Of a stretch of 64,000 nt of DNA, positions 19,788 to 30,416 are shown piece after piece (within the stretch, counting starts at the first letter, position 1; the number at the start of each line of letters is the position of its first letter). Source of the DNA: a virus. Below the pieces are notes generated by a model that was not told the origin of the DNA, ran no database searches, and was given only the letters and a program-made list of their open reading frames with translations. Where the stretch lies: the IMG/VR virus record IMGVR_UViG_3300031227_000023, positions 1-64,000 of that record; one strand, given 5' to 3'. Position numbers and translations under genes: made by a program.

Positions 19788-21662
19788 TCACGGGCGGTAT
19801 TGGTCAGCAGCGGGCGTTAACAGCACACTGTTCCCGCCAGGCGAACTATCAACAACTTCATCCGTGGTGTTTGTGATTGTCACGCCAGCCGGATCCCCGA
19901 TTGTCCCGATAATTTTGTGGTCAGCCGTCACTGCCGGGAAAGCTGGAACTCCTGCTGCTGCGAGGCTTGTCATCCCTTGCGTATTCTCACCGAACCAAGA
20001 GTTACGCGCACCATCGCCCATTGAATATGTCGTTGTCCCTTGGTTCGCCCACGTCGTTCCATCTGTAGATTTTTTAAACCACAGATCATTGGCAAGATCC
20101 GTAAGAACGGCCCCGTCCGTAACAATCTTGACCCAGTTGTCGATATTATTAGAAAAGTTCATATCCATAATGACCCACGTTGGTGTGCTCGCTGGAAGCA
20201 CGCCGTTCAGCGTCAACGTGTAATCTGCCTCCACCGCTCCGTGAGAAGGGCTTGTGCCTATCAGAGTTTTGGAAGCCCAGTTTGGTGCGTCAGCCCCGTT
20301 GTCAGGCGCAACGTATACCTTCACAACAAGAGTTCCTGCAATTACCTTGTACCGGTATGCAATACTTGATAGATCACGAGCAGCCCCACTCGTATCTGTA
20401 AGCCGAATTGCAACATAACGCCCGGCGTATTTTGGAACCCAACTTGTTGCTACAGCATTTACGCGGATGACATCAAAGGTTCCAGCAACATCCGCTTCCG
20501 CACCGTCGTGAATAATTGGCACCCCATCCACAGTGATTGGGATCTCCACGTTGGCGACTTTTTGTTTTCCAACATTTGCAGCTGTGACCGTCAACGCCAC
20601 ATCTTTTGGATTTCTGAAATATGCGTTGGTACTCTTGTTCCATAACCTGTGCCTGCCAGTTTGCACTTCCAGGTCAGGTACATCGGACGCACGCAGGTCA
20701 GCACCTTCCATCAATACAAAATCAGGATCTGTTCCCCAGTCATCAGGACCAGACGCGCCGGAACTCATTGCGTCAATGGTTTCCAGCGCAATCTGCGGAG
20801 TAACGTCAGTAGAACTCAAAATTCCACCAAACCCAGACGCATCCACGTCAATCGCACTTGCCGGATGCTGTGACGGGGTTGCCCTGCCAGACAATCCCCC
20901 ATGATCATTCGATGTAGCATGCGGGTTCGCAGCATCATTCTCGTGCGTTGTCAGATTGCTTTGAACAGCAGCAGCAGCACCGGCCTGATCAGCACCGGTT
21001 TGTGCATAGCCAACCTGATGCGGATTGCCTTCATCCCCGGTATGCCCAATAAGTTGACCAGTTGAAGCAGACGAGCTGTGCGGGTTTCCCAACCCTTCAT
21101 GCGTGCCAAGATTAGATTGCACCCCCGCAGCAGACCCAACAGGATCAGCACCGGCCTGACCAGCCGTCACACCGTGAGGATTCCCCTCGTCTTCCGTGTG
21201 TGTTGTCAAACTCGACTGATCAGCCTTGTTCGGCACGGCATCAACCAACGCCACCTGTTGGTGTGTCAAGTGCTGCCGATCACCGTCACCACCACCACTG
21301 ATCCCCATGGTGTCATCATGGAAACTTGACGCACTTTCCTTGCCCCACCGGCCCGGATCTTCAGCCGCAATACTGTTGGGCTTCACGATCAAGTCGCCAT
21401 CATCAGTCCCGGTGCTTGCAGCATTGAATCTGTAATTGGAATCTTCAGTGCCCACATACCTGAAGTGGTTCTGTGTCAGATCGTCACTGACAGCACGCAG
21501 CGCAGCCACATCAGCAACCGGATCATCCTTTTCCCCAACCAACTGCCTGCCGCCAACCGCAGGGTTCGTTACAGGGTCAAGTTCGGGGTTTGCTGCATCC
21601 AACGCTTGCCGAATCCTAGGCTTCAGCACTGGCCTATTTCTTGGTTGGTCACGATCTGCCAT
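19788..21662 (-). CDS. Tail fibre/receptor-binding protein
   Basis: Repeated H.....NPH shaft motifs and a beta-rich C-terminal domain; end of the tail module. Confidence 0.7.
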   Translation of the reverse strand: MADRDQPRNRPVLKPRIRQALDAANPELDPVTNPAVGGRQLVGEKDDPVADVAALRAVSDDLTQNHFRYVGTEDSNYRFNAASTGTDDGDLIVKPNSIAAEDPGRWGKESASSFHDDTMGISGGGDGDRQHLTHQQVALVDAVPNKADQSSLTTHTEDEGNPHGVTAGQAGADPVGSAAGVQSNLGTHEGLGNPHSSSASTGQLIGHTGDEGNPHQVGYAQTGADQAGAAAAVQSNLTTHENDAANPHATSNDHGGLSGRATPSQHPASAIDVDASGFGGILSSTDVTPQIALETIDAMSSGASGPDDWGTDPDFVLMEGADLRASDVPDLEVQTGRHRLWNKSTNAYFRNPKDVALTVTAANVGKQKVANVEIPITVDGVPIIHDGAEADVAGTFDVIRVNAVATSWVPKYAGRYVAIRLTDTSGAARDLSSIAYRYKVIAGTLVVKVYVAPDNGADAPNWASKTLIGTSPSHGAVEADYTLTLNGVLPASTPTWVIMDMNFSNNIDNWVKIVTDGAVLTDLANDLWFKKSTDGTTWANQGTTTYSMGDGARNSWFGENTQGMTSLAAAGVPAFPAVTADHKIIGTIGDPAGVTITNTTDEVVDSSPGGNSVLLTPAADQYRP

Positions 21663-21693
21663 CGTTCAAATCCTTTTCAGTTGCAAGCTGCAA

Positions 21694-22128
21694 TCAACCC
21701 TGCGCCATCCACCTGATTTCAACACTTCCGGGGTTCGCAATATCCCCAATTTCCCGCACGCGCACTTCCAACACATCACAGCAGATGGCCACAGCAGGCC
21801 ACACCGATTCAACCGCAGCAACCGCGCCACCAAAGGCTTCAATACTTTTGTGCGCAACCTTCTGCGTTTCTTCCCACAGGGTGTCACCAATGTCTTCATC
21901 ACGCACGTTTTCCTGCCCCAATGAAGTGAACGGCGCATACCCTGCGGGGGTGGCTGCCATCGGGGTGATCTGCAATGCAGCCTGCCCCGGATCACCAACC
22001 AAACTTCCAGCACCGGAAGTGTACTGCATGGCGATTGAAACACGCGCCTTGTTGCCAACGTGCAAGTATACCGGGTCTGACAACGCCCCCGCAGCCGGAC
22101 ACGCTTTAGTTTCATTTTTCAACGGCAT
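21694..22128 (-). CDS. Hypothetical (probably virion) protein
   Basis: 144-aa ORF in the fibre cluster. Confidence 0.6.
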   Translation of the reverse strand: MPLKNETKACPAAGALSDPVYLHVGNKARVSIAMQYTSGAGSLVGDPGQAALQITPMAATPAGYAPFTSLGQENVRDEDIGDTLWEETQKVAHKSIEAFGGAVAAVESVWPAVAICCDVLEVRVREIGDIANPGSVEIRWMAQG

Positions 22129-22135
22129 GGGTCAT

Positions 22136-22453
22136 TCATCCCTTCGTTTTGGCACGCTTGCGCGGTGCCGGGTTGCTTCTTGTATCCCTGCCCAACGCCC
22201 CGGCCTTGCGCCGCACGGGCTTCTTTCGGACGTGGCTTGGCTTGGCCGTGTCTTCAACCGTGGCCCGCTCCACAACCGCCTTCAGGTTTCCATCAGCAAG
22301 GTCTGTGATTGACAGCAGATCAAGATGCATGGCAGCCATCTTGCGCTTGGCTTCAGCACGGGCTTCTTCCCTGTTGGTTGTTCCCAACGCAACGGGTTCC
22401 ATCTTCTTCAGCGGTGTTTTAATATCCACCCGCAAATACATCAACAACTTCAT
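22136..22453 (-). CDS. Hypothetical basic protein
   Basis: 105-aa ORF tightly packed in the operon. Confidence 0.55.
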   Translation of the reverse strand: MKLLMYLRVDIKTPLKKMEPVALGTTNREEARAEAKRKMAAMHLDLLSITDLADGNLKAVVERATVEDTAKPSHVRKKPVRRKAGALGRDTRSNPAPRKRAKTKG

Positions 22454-22466
22454 GGCTTCCCGCTTT

Positions 22467-24413
22467 CTATCGAATCAGGCTGTTGAATTCAATCTGCGCA
22501 CGGCACCCAAAATAAGAAGCGTTTGCGGTGTCAGTCTGGATTTGCAGCCACAACATATCATCTTCATCAATGACAACATCCGGACTCACATCAACCGGGT
22601 ACGTATCACGCCCATCATCTGTTATGACATCCAACGTTCCAATCACCGTTGCGCCGTTGGAATTCCATGCACTCTGCCGCACAACCTTCATAGCAACAGT
22701 GCCCGCACCATCGTTGTCATAATCAACTTCAACCTGTTTCAGCGTTTCCCCCGCAAGCAGTGCCGGTGACAGCGGAATGTATAACAGGCTTGCCACGGGA
22801 TCAATCGCATTAACTGCCGGTGATCCCCCAACAACCGTAAACTTCCAATGGGTATCATCACTCGCTGTGGCGTTGTCGTTTTCCCCAAGGTTCAGCCACA
22901 TGGAAGACATCGGGGGGAACACCCGGTATTTGGTTTTCACGGCACTTGCCGCAAGCTTAATGTCACCGGTAATATACAAATCTTTCCACCCCAGCACCGT
23001 GCTGCCCAAATCCCACAAGTTCACTGTGCCGGGCATGAAGTCACTGTTGACTGTTTGCCCATCCCCCACCACGCTGCCCCTGTACACACAATCAACCATG
23101 TACGTACAGATCGCATCCATCTGTTCTGCAATGCTTCCAACCAACACCGTGATGCTGTTGGCCCCAAGACTGCCGTTACTTGTAAACTGATGGCCAGCAA
23201 TCCGAGCAGTGCCGCTGTCAAGGGCACCGGCTGTTGCTTTCAGATCCGTCACAATTTCACTGATTGCAGCCTGCACATCAGTAGCAGCAATGTCACCCGT
23301 TCCCCCGCCACCGGCATACCATGCAACCCCAGGCGTATACACAATCGCAGCAGCCGTGTGATTCCCACCACCATTGGCCACGTGATCATTGACATTGACC
23401 AACAACGCCCGCAACTGATCCTGCACAGATCCGGCAGAAATCGAAAATGCCCCGCCCGGCGCATACGCAGCACCACCGATCCGATCAGAACCGGCAGCGT
23501 TGACAAGATCAGTAATGATTCCATTCACCCGCGCAAACACACTGCCCGCTGCGTTCGCCGTGGTATCATGCCACGCTGCGCAATCATAAATCCCCAACAG
23601 GTGCGCACCGCCACCGGTGGCCTGTGACGCAAGGTTGTTCACAAGGGAATCAAGCATGTCATCAGCAGTGCTGCCGTGGGCAACCTTCCACGCTGCGCCA
23701 CCGGTCCAATCCGGGGGATTGGCCTTGGCAACTTGCGTGGCCGTCAACGTGTCAAGATGCCCAAACAAAAACTGCAATGCTTCACTCGGGGTGCCGTATT
23801 GCTTGTCAACCCCAAAGTGCAGGCTGTAATTGTAATACAACCAATCATCCCTGCGGGTGGTGCTTACTTCATCGAACAGATCCGACCCGCTAATTTCAAT
23901 GACGCCAGCCACATTGGTCAACTTGATAATTTTTAGCACGGTACGGGCAGAAGGAACCGTGGGCGGCACCGCTGCGCCAACCGCTGCTTCACTGCCTTGG
24001 ATAATTTCAAACGTCACCGATTCATCACGCTGATACCAAATGGGATCACCGTTGCCATCCGTGCGTTGATCCGACAACGCCCGATCAAACGCAGCAACAA
24101 GCAGCAGATACCTTTCCAGGTTCAACGTGGGAAGGGTACTTGCCCCGTTCACATCCGTGCTGCAATCCTTCGTGGTTGACGCGGTTGAAACATACAGCCG
24201 TTTCCCTTCAGGCGTGTACCCAAGGAACGGGCCACCAATGGCAACGTTCAGGCTGGCCGGTGTTTCAGCAGTGACGGCACCCCCACTGATGATTCCAGTA
24301 AACGCCCAATCTTCACCCAACGCCCAATCAGCCGCTTCAATCCCATCGAGCATTGCGTCCAATTCTGCTTCAGTGACAACCTGCTTGTAAAAGCTATTGA
24401 ATCGAAGTGCCAT
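22467..24413 (-). CDS. Tail fibre protein (baseplate-anchored)
   Basis: Follows the gpI-like gene; ATDVQAAISEI and WDLGS....WKDLY fibre-type motifs. Confidence 0.7.
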   Translation of the reverse strand: MALRFNSFYKQVVTEAELDAMLDGIEAADWALGEDWAFTGIISGGAVTAETPASLNVAIGGPFLGYTPEGKRLYVSTASTTKDCSTDVNGASTLPTLNLERYLLLVAAFDRALSDQRTDGNGDPIWYQRDESVTFEIIQGSEAAVGAAVPPTVPSARTVLKIIKLTNVAGVIEISGSDLFDEVSTTRRDDWLYYNYSLHFGVDKQYGTPSEALQFLFGHLDTLTATQVAKANPPDWTGGAAWKVAHGSTADDMLDSLVNNLASQATGGGAHLLGIYDCAAWHDTTANAAGSVFARVNGIITDLVNAAGSDRIGGAAYAPGGAFSISAGSVQDQLRALLVNVNDHVANGGGNHTAAAIVYTPGVAWYAGGGGTGDIAATDVQAAISEIVTDLKATAGALDSGTARIAGHQFTSNGSLGANSITVLVGSIAEQMDAICTYMVDCVYRGSVVGDGQTVNSDFMPGTVNLWDLGSTVLGWKDLYITGDIKLAASAVKTKYRVFPPMSSMWLNLGENDNATASDDTHWKFTVVGGSPAVNAIDPVASLLYIPLSPALLAGETLKQVEVDYDNDGAGTVAMKVVRQSAWNSNGATVIGTLDVITDDGRDTYPVDVSPDVVIDEDDMLWLQIQTDTANASYFGCRAQIEFNSLIR

Positions 24414-24425
24414 GATTCCAATCCT

Positions 24426-26444
24426 TTATTCTGACAGCACTGTGCCGCCTTCAACTTCGCCACTGATGGCGTCTGTTCCTGCCAGTTCTGATACACCCAA
24501 AACCCACTGCTGTTCAACTTCTGCCGTTGTGGGTTCCACGATATTATGCAAGTGACACGGTGCAGGCTGCAAGTATTCTGCAACCCACCTGATGCCATCC
24601 CGTTGGTCTGTCGTTAGTGTCTGCGCCACCGTGATATCATATGCGTACAGGTTCCACCTGCGCGACGGGCCAAGTACGGTTTCACCCGTGACTTCACCTG
24701 TGCCTGCATCAATTCCGGCCAACTCTGAAACGCCAAGAATCCAACCGCTTGTGTTGGCTTCCGTGATTGTAACAGGGTCAAGCCCAAAGAAAAACTTTAC
24801 CGCAGCAATTATGATCTGTTCGGTGCCCTTGTACCGGTAAAAATAAACCAAGTTTGCCAACAGCCTGCGCTTCATCGTTTCTGTCAACACAAATGGAAAC
24901 GGGTTGCCCAAGTCTGCCAACATAGCATCCAAGTATTGTTCATCAGCTTTTTCAATGTCCCAAGTATCACCGAACCGGTCCACAAGGTACAACATCCAAT
25001 CAAGCACTTCCTGCAACACCGCAGTGAACCGTGCCAAATCACCCGTCCGGTCATTGGTCCTGTCAAATGTTGACATCATGTTTGACCAAATACTGAACCG
25101 CCTGCCTTCAGGTGATTCCGGCAGATACCCGGCAAACTGCATATTATCATGCGGGGAAGCAATTACGTTGCCACTTGCATCAGCGACACCGGCCACCGTC
25201 AATGTGTACAATCCTTGCGGTGTGGCTTCCCAATTCAGGGCCAAATCAAACTGACTAGAATTACCAGATACAGCCGCCACCCCGGAAACAGTAACATCAG
25301 CAACAGGCTGCTTGCCATGTGCGTTCCGTGCATCAGGCTGCACATCAAAGCCAAGCCGGGCCACAGAATAGTTGGCAGCCAACAGGGCAGTGGCACTGTC
25401 AATGGTTTCATCTGCCGGTGGCAAAATAAATTGATCCGAATCATGCAGCAGGGCCACGCTTGCTTCACGGTATGACACGCGCCCATCAGCCAACGTGGCA
25501 GTGATGCCCACCGTGTACGTGCCTTCAGCCCACAGGTACGGCAGCCGCCTTCCCACCACAGCCGTGGAAAAACCAAGCGCAGTGTTCGCACTTCCGGCCA
25601 CCACCTGCAATGTTGCTGTGCTTGACGTGTCAACGGCATAAAGCCAAACCCGGTTCAGGTACGCTTCAGCCCACAGCACCCCCGCTGCTTTGGTGTTGAT
25701 TGCCTGCGCCACTTCTGCTGCGGTTGTTGCGTGCAAGTCTACGGCATCACCTTCAATAAATACCACAGTGGTGGTTTGCCCGTTCACATTCACATGCAAC
25801 TGCGCCCCTGCCCACAACACGTACAACTCTGCATTGCTCTGCTGATAACAATGCGCCAACGGTTCAAAAATCCACCGGCGCAAAGTTCCGTCATAGGTCA
25901 GGGCTTCATCACCCCATGGCAACGATCCAAGCACCTGCGAATAATTCAAGCCCGGTGGAAGCATTGGTTGGGAATACGTGACGCGCACCACCCGTGGGGC
26001 AATGGCCACCACGTTGCTGATCATTGGCCGGGTCACATCTTCAATCGTGTAATACCACGTTTGATCAATCGTGTGCGCACCACCAACAACCTGCGAAGCA
26101 CAACGCACCCGAACCCGCGATAAAGAAACAAACCCATTGGGCACATGCACCGTGATCTTCAGCGTGTCTGCTGTATTCACATACGCGCTGCTTGCTCCGT
26201 CAAACCCGGATTGAAACACCCCGGCAGCAAACGCAAGCTGTTCATCAATCCACACCTGCGTGTTGGCCAAGTCAATGCCATCTGCCCCGAAATCCACAAC
26301 CTCAAAACACACCAACGTTCCCGTGGGTACATCGGTTTCATACGGTTCAGGATCACGGTTTATGATCACCGGCCTTGTTGTATCAACGTCCAAAATAACG
26401 CTGTCAACGTACAACCCCGGCAGTTTCAGATTGCCTGCACTCAT
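24426..26444 (-). CDS. Baseplate wedge/tail protein I (P2 gpI-like) with Ig-like N-terminal domains
   Basis: C-terminal D.EKADEQYLDAMLADLG...KRRLL...YRYKGT...PA gpI pattern. Confidence 0.8.
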   Translation of the reverse strand: MSAGNLKLPGLYVDSVILDVDTTRPVIINRDPEPYETDVPTGTLVCFEVVDFGADGIDLANTQVWIDEQLAFAAGVFQSGFDGASSAYVNTADTLKITVHVPNGFVSLSRVRVRCASQVVGGAHTIDQTWYYTIEDVTRPMISNVVAIAPRVVRVTYSQPMLPPGLNYSQVLGSLPWGDEALTYDGTLRRWIFEPLAHCYQQSNAELYVLWAGAQLHVNVNGQTTTVVFIEGDAVDLHATTAAEVAQAINTKAAGVLWAEAYLNRVWLYAVDTSSTATLQVVAGSANTALGFSTAVVGRRLPYLWAEGTYTVGITATLADGRVSYREASVALLHDSDQFILPPADETIDSATALLAANYSVARLGFDVQPDARNAHGKQPVADVTVSGVAAVSGNSSQFDLALNWEATPQGLYTLTVAGVADASGNVIASPHDNMQFAGYLPESPEGRRFSIWSNMMSTFDRTNDRTGDLARFTAVLQEVLDWMLYLVDRFGDTWDIEKADEQYLDAMLADLGNPFPFVLTETMKRRLLANLVYFYRYKGTEQIIIAAVKFFFGLDPVTITEANTSGWILGVSELAGIDAGTGEVTGETVLGPSRRWNLYAYDITVAQTLTTDQRDGIRWVAEYLQPAPCHLHNIVEPTTAEVEQQWVLGVSELAGTDAISGEVEGGTVLSE

Positions 26445-27127
26445 GCTGCTTCATCCAGTTTCACACGGAAGCCAATCCTGTGGCTGCCTGTGATTTTTGA
26501 AACATTGGCTGCCATGTCCACCCTGTCACGGCTGCGGATCGTATCCAACAGCATGGTGGCCACAGCAACATCATCAATTTCCAGGTTCATGCGCCACTGC
26601 AATTCAGGGCACTGCACAATCAACCCCGCTTCAACAGCAGCAAAGTTTGTGTGCAGAATGGCCCGCTCTGTGCTCTCTGTGACGCCTGCGGGCAAAACTG
26701 CATCAATTCTATACCGTCCGTCATTGCCAAGACCCGAACCGCTTACAACGCAAATACGGCCCGTTCCGAAGTATCCCGTTGGGGTGGTTCCGTTGTACGT
26801 GATGAACGTGCCCTTGGGAACACGCAGGATGTTCACGCCGGGGGTGGTCGCAACATATTTTTCAGCATCACCCGTGGCGTTGATTTCAGCAGGCAACGCT
26901 TCATCCACCCGGAACCTGAACGCAGCACGGACAAGGTTTACAGATGAAGGAATGCTGATTGCTTGCGACACCAACGCGAAGTCATCAGGGGCAAGCGCAA
27001 ATTCATGGGCTTCTTCTTCATCCAAGCCCAAGCAGAACACCCAACGCCCGTGTGGTGCGGTCCATCCTGCCGGGGCAATCCTGCCGTGCTTTGTTCCCAA
27101 CGTTACTTGCCAAGGGCTTGCTGCCAT
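26441..27127 (-). CDS. Hypothetical virion protein
   Basis: ORF in the baseplate/fibre operon with overlapping stop/start. Confidence 0.65.
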   Translation of the reverse strand: MAASPWQVTLGTKHGRIAPAGWTAPHGRWVFCLGLDEEEAHEFALAPDDFALVSQAISIPSSVNLVRAAFRFRVDEALPAEINATGDAEKYVATTPGVNILRVPKGTFITYNGTTPTGYFGTGRICVVSGSGLGNDGRYRIDAVLPAGVTESTERAILHTNFAAVEAGLIVQCPELQWRMNLEIDDVAVATMLLDTIRSRDRVDMAANVSKITGSHRIGFRVKLDEAA

Positions 27128-27135
27128 CTGATCAC

Positions 27136-27876
27136 CTATGCAGTTTGACGCAACACGCGGCAATGATCCACAAACGCACGGCTGCCTGCCGCACTGAATT
27201 CACAACCGAACCCTGCCCGGCCACCAATCAGGGGGATTGCCCCGCTGTTGTGCCCAAGCACATCATCAATATACGATTCACCCAACGTGTCATTGAACGG
27301 AACCAAAACCCAACTCGGAGCATCAACGTTGTTTGCCGTCAAATCGTTCCGGTAACAAGCCAAAACCACATCACCATTTTCATTGGTGATCAGATCCAAC
27401 CGCAAGTGCGTCCACACATCGTTCAGCACCGTGCCCACGCTGTGCCGCAAGTTGTTCCCTGTGGCCACAGCAGGAACCCCGCTGTACAGATACCCCTTGC
27501 GCAGCACAATCTTGCACGGGTCTTCATCGGACAAACCGAGCATATAGCACTGATCAGCCGTGGAATCACCTTGCAGCCCGGCAAACAGGAACGGGCTGAA
27601 CCCTTCAGGGCTTGCAGACAGGCCACGCTTTATTGCGCCTTCAATCCTTATGCCCCGATCTGTTGGCCCAAAGTCAGTGACAGTGCAATACTTGCCGTGT
27701 GCAAGTTGCCCCCCCGGTGCAGCCGTGGGAGGTTCCAACGCATGCCACCCAAACACGAACAGGTTTGTGTCAGGCGCAGTTACCGGTGGACCGGTAACAC
27801 CACCCGTGACACCTGCACGGAAAGATGCAGCTTCAGCAATGCTGCCCACCAAAGATGCCCAATCTGCCTGTGCCAT
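27136..27876 (-). CDS. Hypothetical virion protein (beta-sandwich-like)
   Basis: ORF in the baseplate/fibre operon. Confidence 0.65.
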   Translation of the reverse strand: MAQADWASLVGSIAEAASFRAGVTGGVTGPPVTAPDTNLFVFGWHALEPPTAAPGGQLAHGKYCTVTDFGPTDRGIRIEGAIKRGLSASPEGFSPFLFAGLQGDSTADQCYMLGLSDEDPCKIVLRKGYLYSGVPAVATGNNLRHSVGTVLNDVWTHLRLDLITNENGDVVLACYRNDLTANNVDAPSWVLVPFNDTLGESYIDDVLGHNSGAIPLIGGRAGFGCEFSAAGSRAFVDHCRVLRQTA

Positions 27877-27878
27877 TT

Positions 27879-28544
27879 TTATGCTCCAATATCTGCAAGG
27901 TTGTCCGGCCAATACGCCGCATCAAACTGTTCAGCATCCAAGTGCCGTGGTGACTGATACGCAGGGGGTGCATCATCAAAATACGCCACTTCCGTGAACG
28001 CATATGTGACAACCCAATTATCATTGTACCAACCGGCTTCCATGTCTTCCGTATCTGTCGCATTATCAAACACAGCTTCCGTGAACCGGCCTGCCGCGTA
28101 TTCCCACAAGTATGCATCATTGCCCCAACCGGCTTCCATGTCTTCCGTATCTGTGCCGTTGTCAAACAATGCGGCAGTGGATTGGGTTGGCCAAGTAGAC
28201 ACCCACCCATCATTCAACCACCCTGATTCAAATGCCTCAATCGTTGCCGCCACGGTGTCACCACCGTTGAAAAAAGAAAAGTCAAAATATTCAGCATCGA
28301 ATTCCCACAAGAAACTTCCCCACCCGTCTTCAAACGATTCAACCCAAGACCCGGTGCCGAACGTTGCCAAGGAAACCAAAGACGCACTTGCAACATGCAA
28401 CCACTGTGTGGCTGCACCCTGACTGCCCAACTCAAAACTTCCGTTAATATCGGGCAGCCCGGTGTCAATCGTAACACCACCCCACGGACCACTGCCCCAA
28501 GGGATCGTGCCAAACCCGCTTTCAGGTATCACAACCGGTGCCAT
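27879..28544 (-). CDS. Acidic, Trp-rich repeat virion protein
   Basis: Four E.(F/M)E.GW repeats; a 30-bp DNA repeat at 28029-28058 and 28125-28154. Confidence 0.7.
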   Translation of the reverse strand: MAPVVIPESGFGTIPWGSGPWGGVTIDTGLPDINGSFELGSQGAATQWLHVASASLVSLATFGTGSWVESFEDGWGSFLWEFDAEYFDFSFFNGGDTVAATIEAFESGWLNDGWVSTWPTQSTAALFDNGTDTEDMEAGWGNDAYLWEYAAGRFTEAVFDNATDTEDMEAGWYNDNWVVTYAFTEVAYFDDAPPAYQSPRHLDAEQFDAAYWPDNLADIGA

Positions 28545-28547
28545 CTT

Positions 28548-30407
28548 CTATGCTCCAAACGCAGCGTGCAAGGGAATGATCGGTGTTTCATGCGTTCCGA
28601 ACCCACCCGCATCCACTTCTGTTTGCGACCGAATCAAGGCATCAGATGCCGTTCTGCCATCCCATCGGTTGCCCAACGGAAACGCAGGGGTGCCAATCTT
28701 GGCAAGGTCAATCACAGACGCATCAGCCGCAGGGTATGCAGGGACACTAGGGGTGCTAGCAAATAGCACCTCGATATCAAACGCCTTTCCACCACCTGCA
28801 AACGGGAAGGTTGTCACCCCCAGATCATCACTATATAAAAAGTTGTCCCACTGCCACCCAGTTGCCATCTGCGTGGGAGTCAACAACGCATCAGGAATGG
28901 CTTCTGTGACTGCCCCTGTGATCAAATCAGCCATGAAAAACAACCAAAAAACATTATCTGTCACCAACTGATTCAAAGAATCCCAGATGAAATAATTAGG
29001 ATTCCAAACAGCATCACCCGTGCCGAACGATGTTGAACCCAACGCCACAAGATTTGGCACATCAGGACTGCCCGCAATATCAGGAACAATCGAAAGATCC
29101 ATAGTACCCATGGCTGTCATGTTCAAGTGTTTCAGTGCCACACCCTTCAGCGTGCCCGGCACAATCGTTTGTGAAGAGTAATAACCCCCAAGCTGCGTGA
29201 ACCGAACCATAAACAGCCTGTTGTTGATAAACGCAGTGCCGACACCCGCAGCGGTTTTGTTTTCCACCAAATAAATTCCATACTCCGTGGCTGCACCGAA
29301 TCGTTGCGACAATGAACCATCAGCCTTGTCAGCAGACAAATACCCCACCTTGGCTTCACCACGCAGCACATACCCCGGAACCTGCGGGCCAACAACTTGC
29401 ACCCGCGTGCCTGTGTAGTATTCACCCGTTCCCTTATCGGACAAGGTGCGTTCGCCAATCGGGATCACGTCACTGTTGGCAGCATCCAACAAGTGCCCCG
29501 GTGTGACTAGTAAATTGAATTCGTTCCCTGAACCACCCAACTGATCCGCAAGAATATGCGCCCCTTTAACCTGATAAGCAGCAGACGAACCACTAACACC
29601 CATGCCCGGTGGACTTCCGATGTACATCTTGCTTCCACCCATCCCAATTCCAACCGGCCTGCCCGCGCCCTCTATCACCTGCCCCGCTGTGGAGTGAAGC
29701 GAAACCTGCGCCCCTTGTGTCAGTGTGCCGGAAGCAACAACAGAATGCACCGGACCATGGAACACCACGTTGCACAGCCCATCATCAGCAACAGCACTTG
29801 CGCCTTGCACCGGAAGCACAACCGCCCGGACACAACCAACGATCACATCAGCGGCATCAGCAGAACTTGCCTTTGCAATGGTTGGAACGGACGGGCCACC
29901 CGGCAAATCGTACCACCCGGTTTGCTTCACAAAACTACCCTGTGCAATCGGTGCCCCGGTTTGGTTTATGCAAATGCGCCCCGGTGCTTGATCCAACAAC
30001 AGTTCAAACAGTTCTGTTGAAATCTCCCGTGTTTCACCCCATCCACGCGCACCGGCTTGCTCATTCTCTTCTTCATAAGCAGGCAACCGTTGCGCTGTTA
30101 GTGGTGTTGTCACCCCCACAAGCGTGGTCAATTCTTGCGACCCATACGCGCCGAGTGTGGCCGTTAACTTAATCATCCACGTCCCGTAGTGGTCCAACTC
30201 CAACGTGGGGTTGGCTGCACTTGCACTTGACAACACAGCAGTGCTGTTCCGTGGGCTTGTCACAATCTCCCACGCATACACAGAAATGTTGGTGTCATCA
30301 TCCACGCCCAACGTGATGATGGTCAACGGATTTGTAATACGCAAATCAAGCACCGGCCCATTGCCTGCGCCCGGCCCTGAATCAATCGTGATGTTTGCAA
30401 CGGTCAT
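28548..30407 (-). CDS. Baseplate/fibre-associated protein with N-terminal PKD/Ig-like domain
   Basis: YAWEIVTSP..STAVLS...NPT...D..GT..IKLT PKD-like pattern. Confidence 0.65.
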   Translation of the reverse strand: MTVANITIDSGPGAGNGPVLDLRITNPLTIITLGVDDDTNISVYAWEIVTSPRNSTAVLSSASAANPTLELDHYGTWMIKLTATLGAYGSQELTTLVGVTTPLTAQRLPAYEEENEQAGARGWGETREISTELFELLLDQAPGRICINQTGAPIAQGSFVKQTGWYDLPGGPSVPTIAKASSADAADVIVGCVRAVVLPVQGASAVADDGLCNVVFHGPVHSVVASGTLTQGAQVSLHSTAGQVIEGAGRPVGIGMGGSKMYIGSPPGMGVSGSSAAYQVKGAHILADQLGGSGNEFNLLVTPGHLLDAANSDVIPIGERTLSDKGTGEYYTGTRVQVVGPQVPGYVLRGEAKVGYLSADKADGSLSQRFGAATEYGIYLVENKTAAGVGTAFINNRLFMVRFTQLGGYYSSQTIVPGTLKGVALKHLNMTAMGTMDLSIVPDIAGSPDVPNLVALGSTSFGTGDAVWNPNYFIWDSLNQLVTDNVFWLFFMADLITGAVTEAIPDALLTPTQMATGWQWDNFLYSDDLGVTTFPFAGGGKAFDIEVLFASTPSVPAYPAADASVIDLAKIGTPAFPLGNRWDGRTASDALIRSQTEVDAGGFGTHETPIIPLHAAFGA

Positions 30408-30416
30408 CTTGTCACC

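Noticed and set aside
19788-30407. Diversity-generating retroelement acting on fibre genes
   Set aside because: No reverse transcriptase in the window and no TR/VR pair with adenine-specific mismatches noticed
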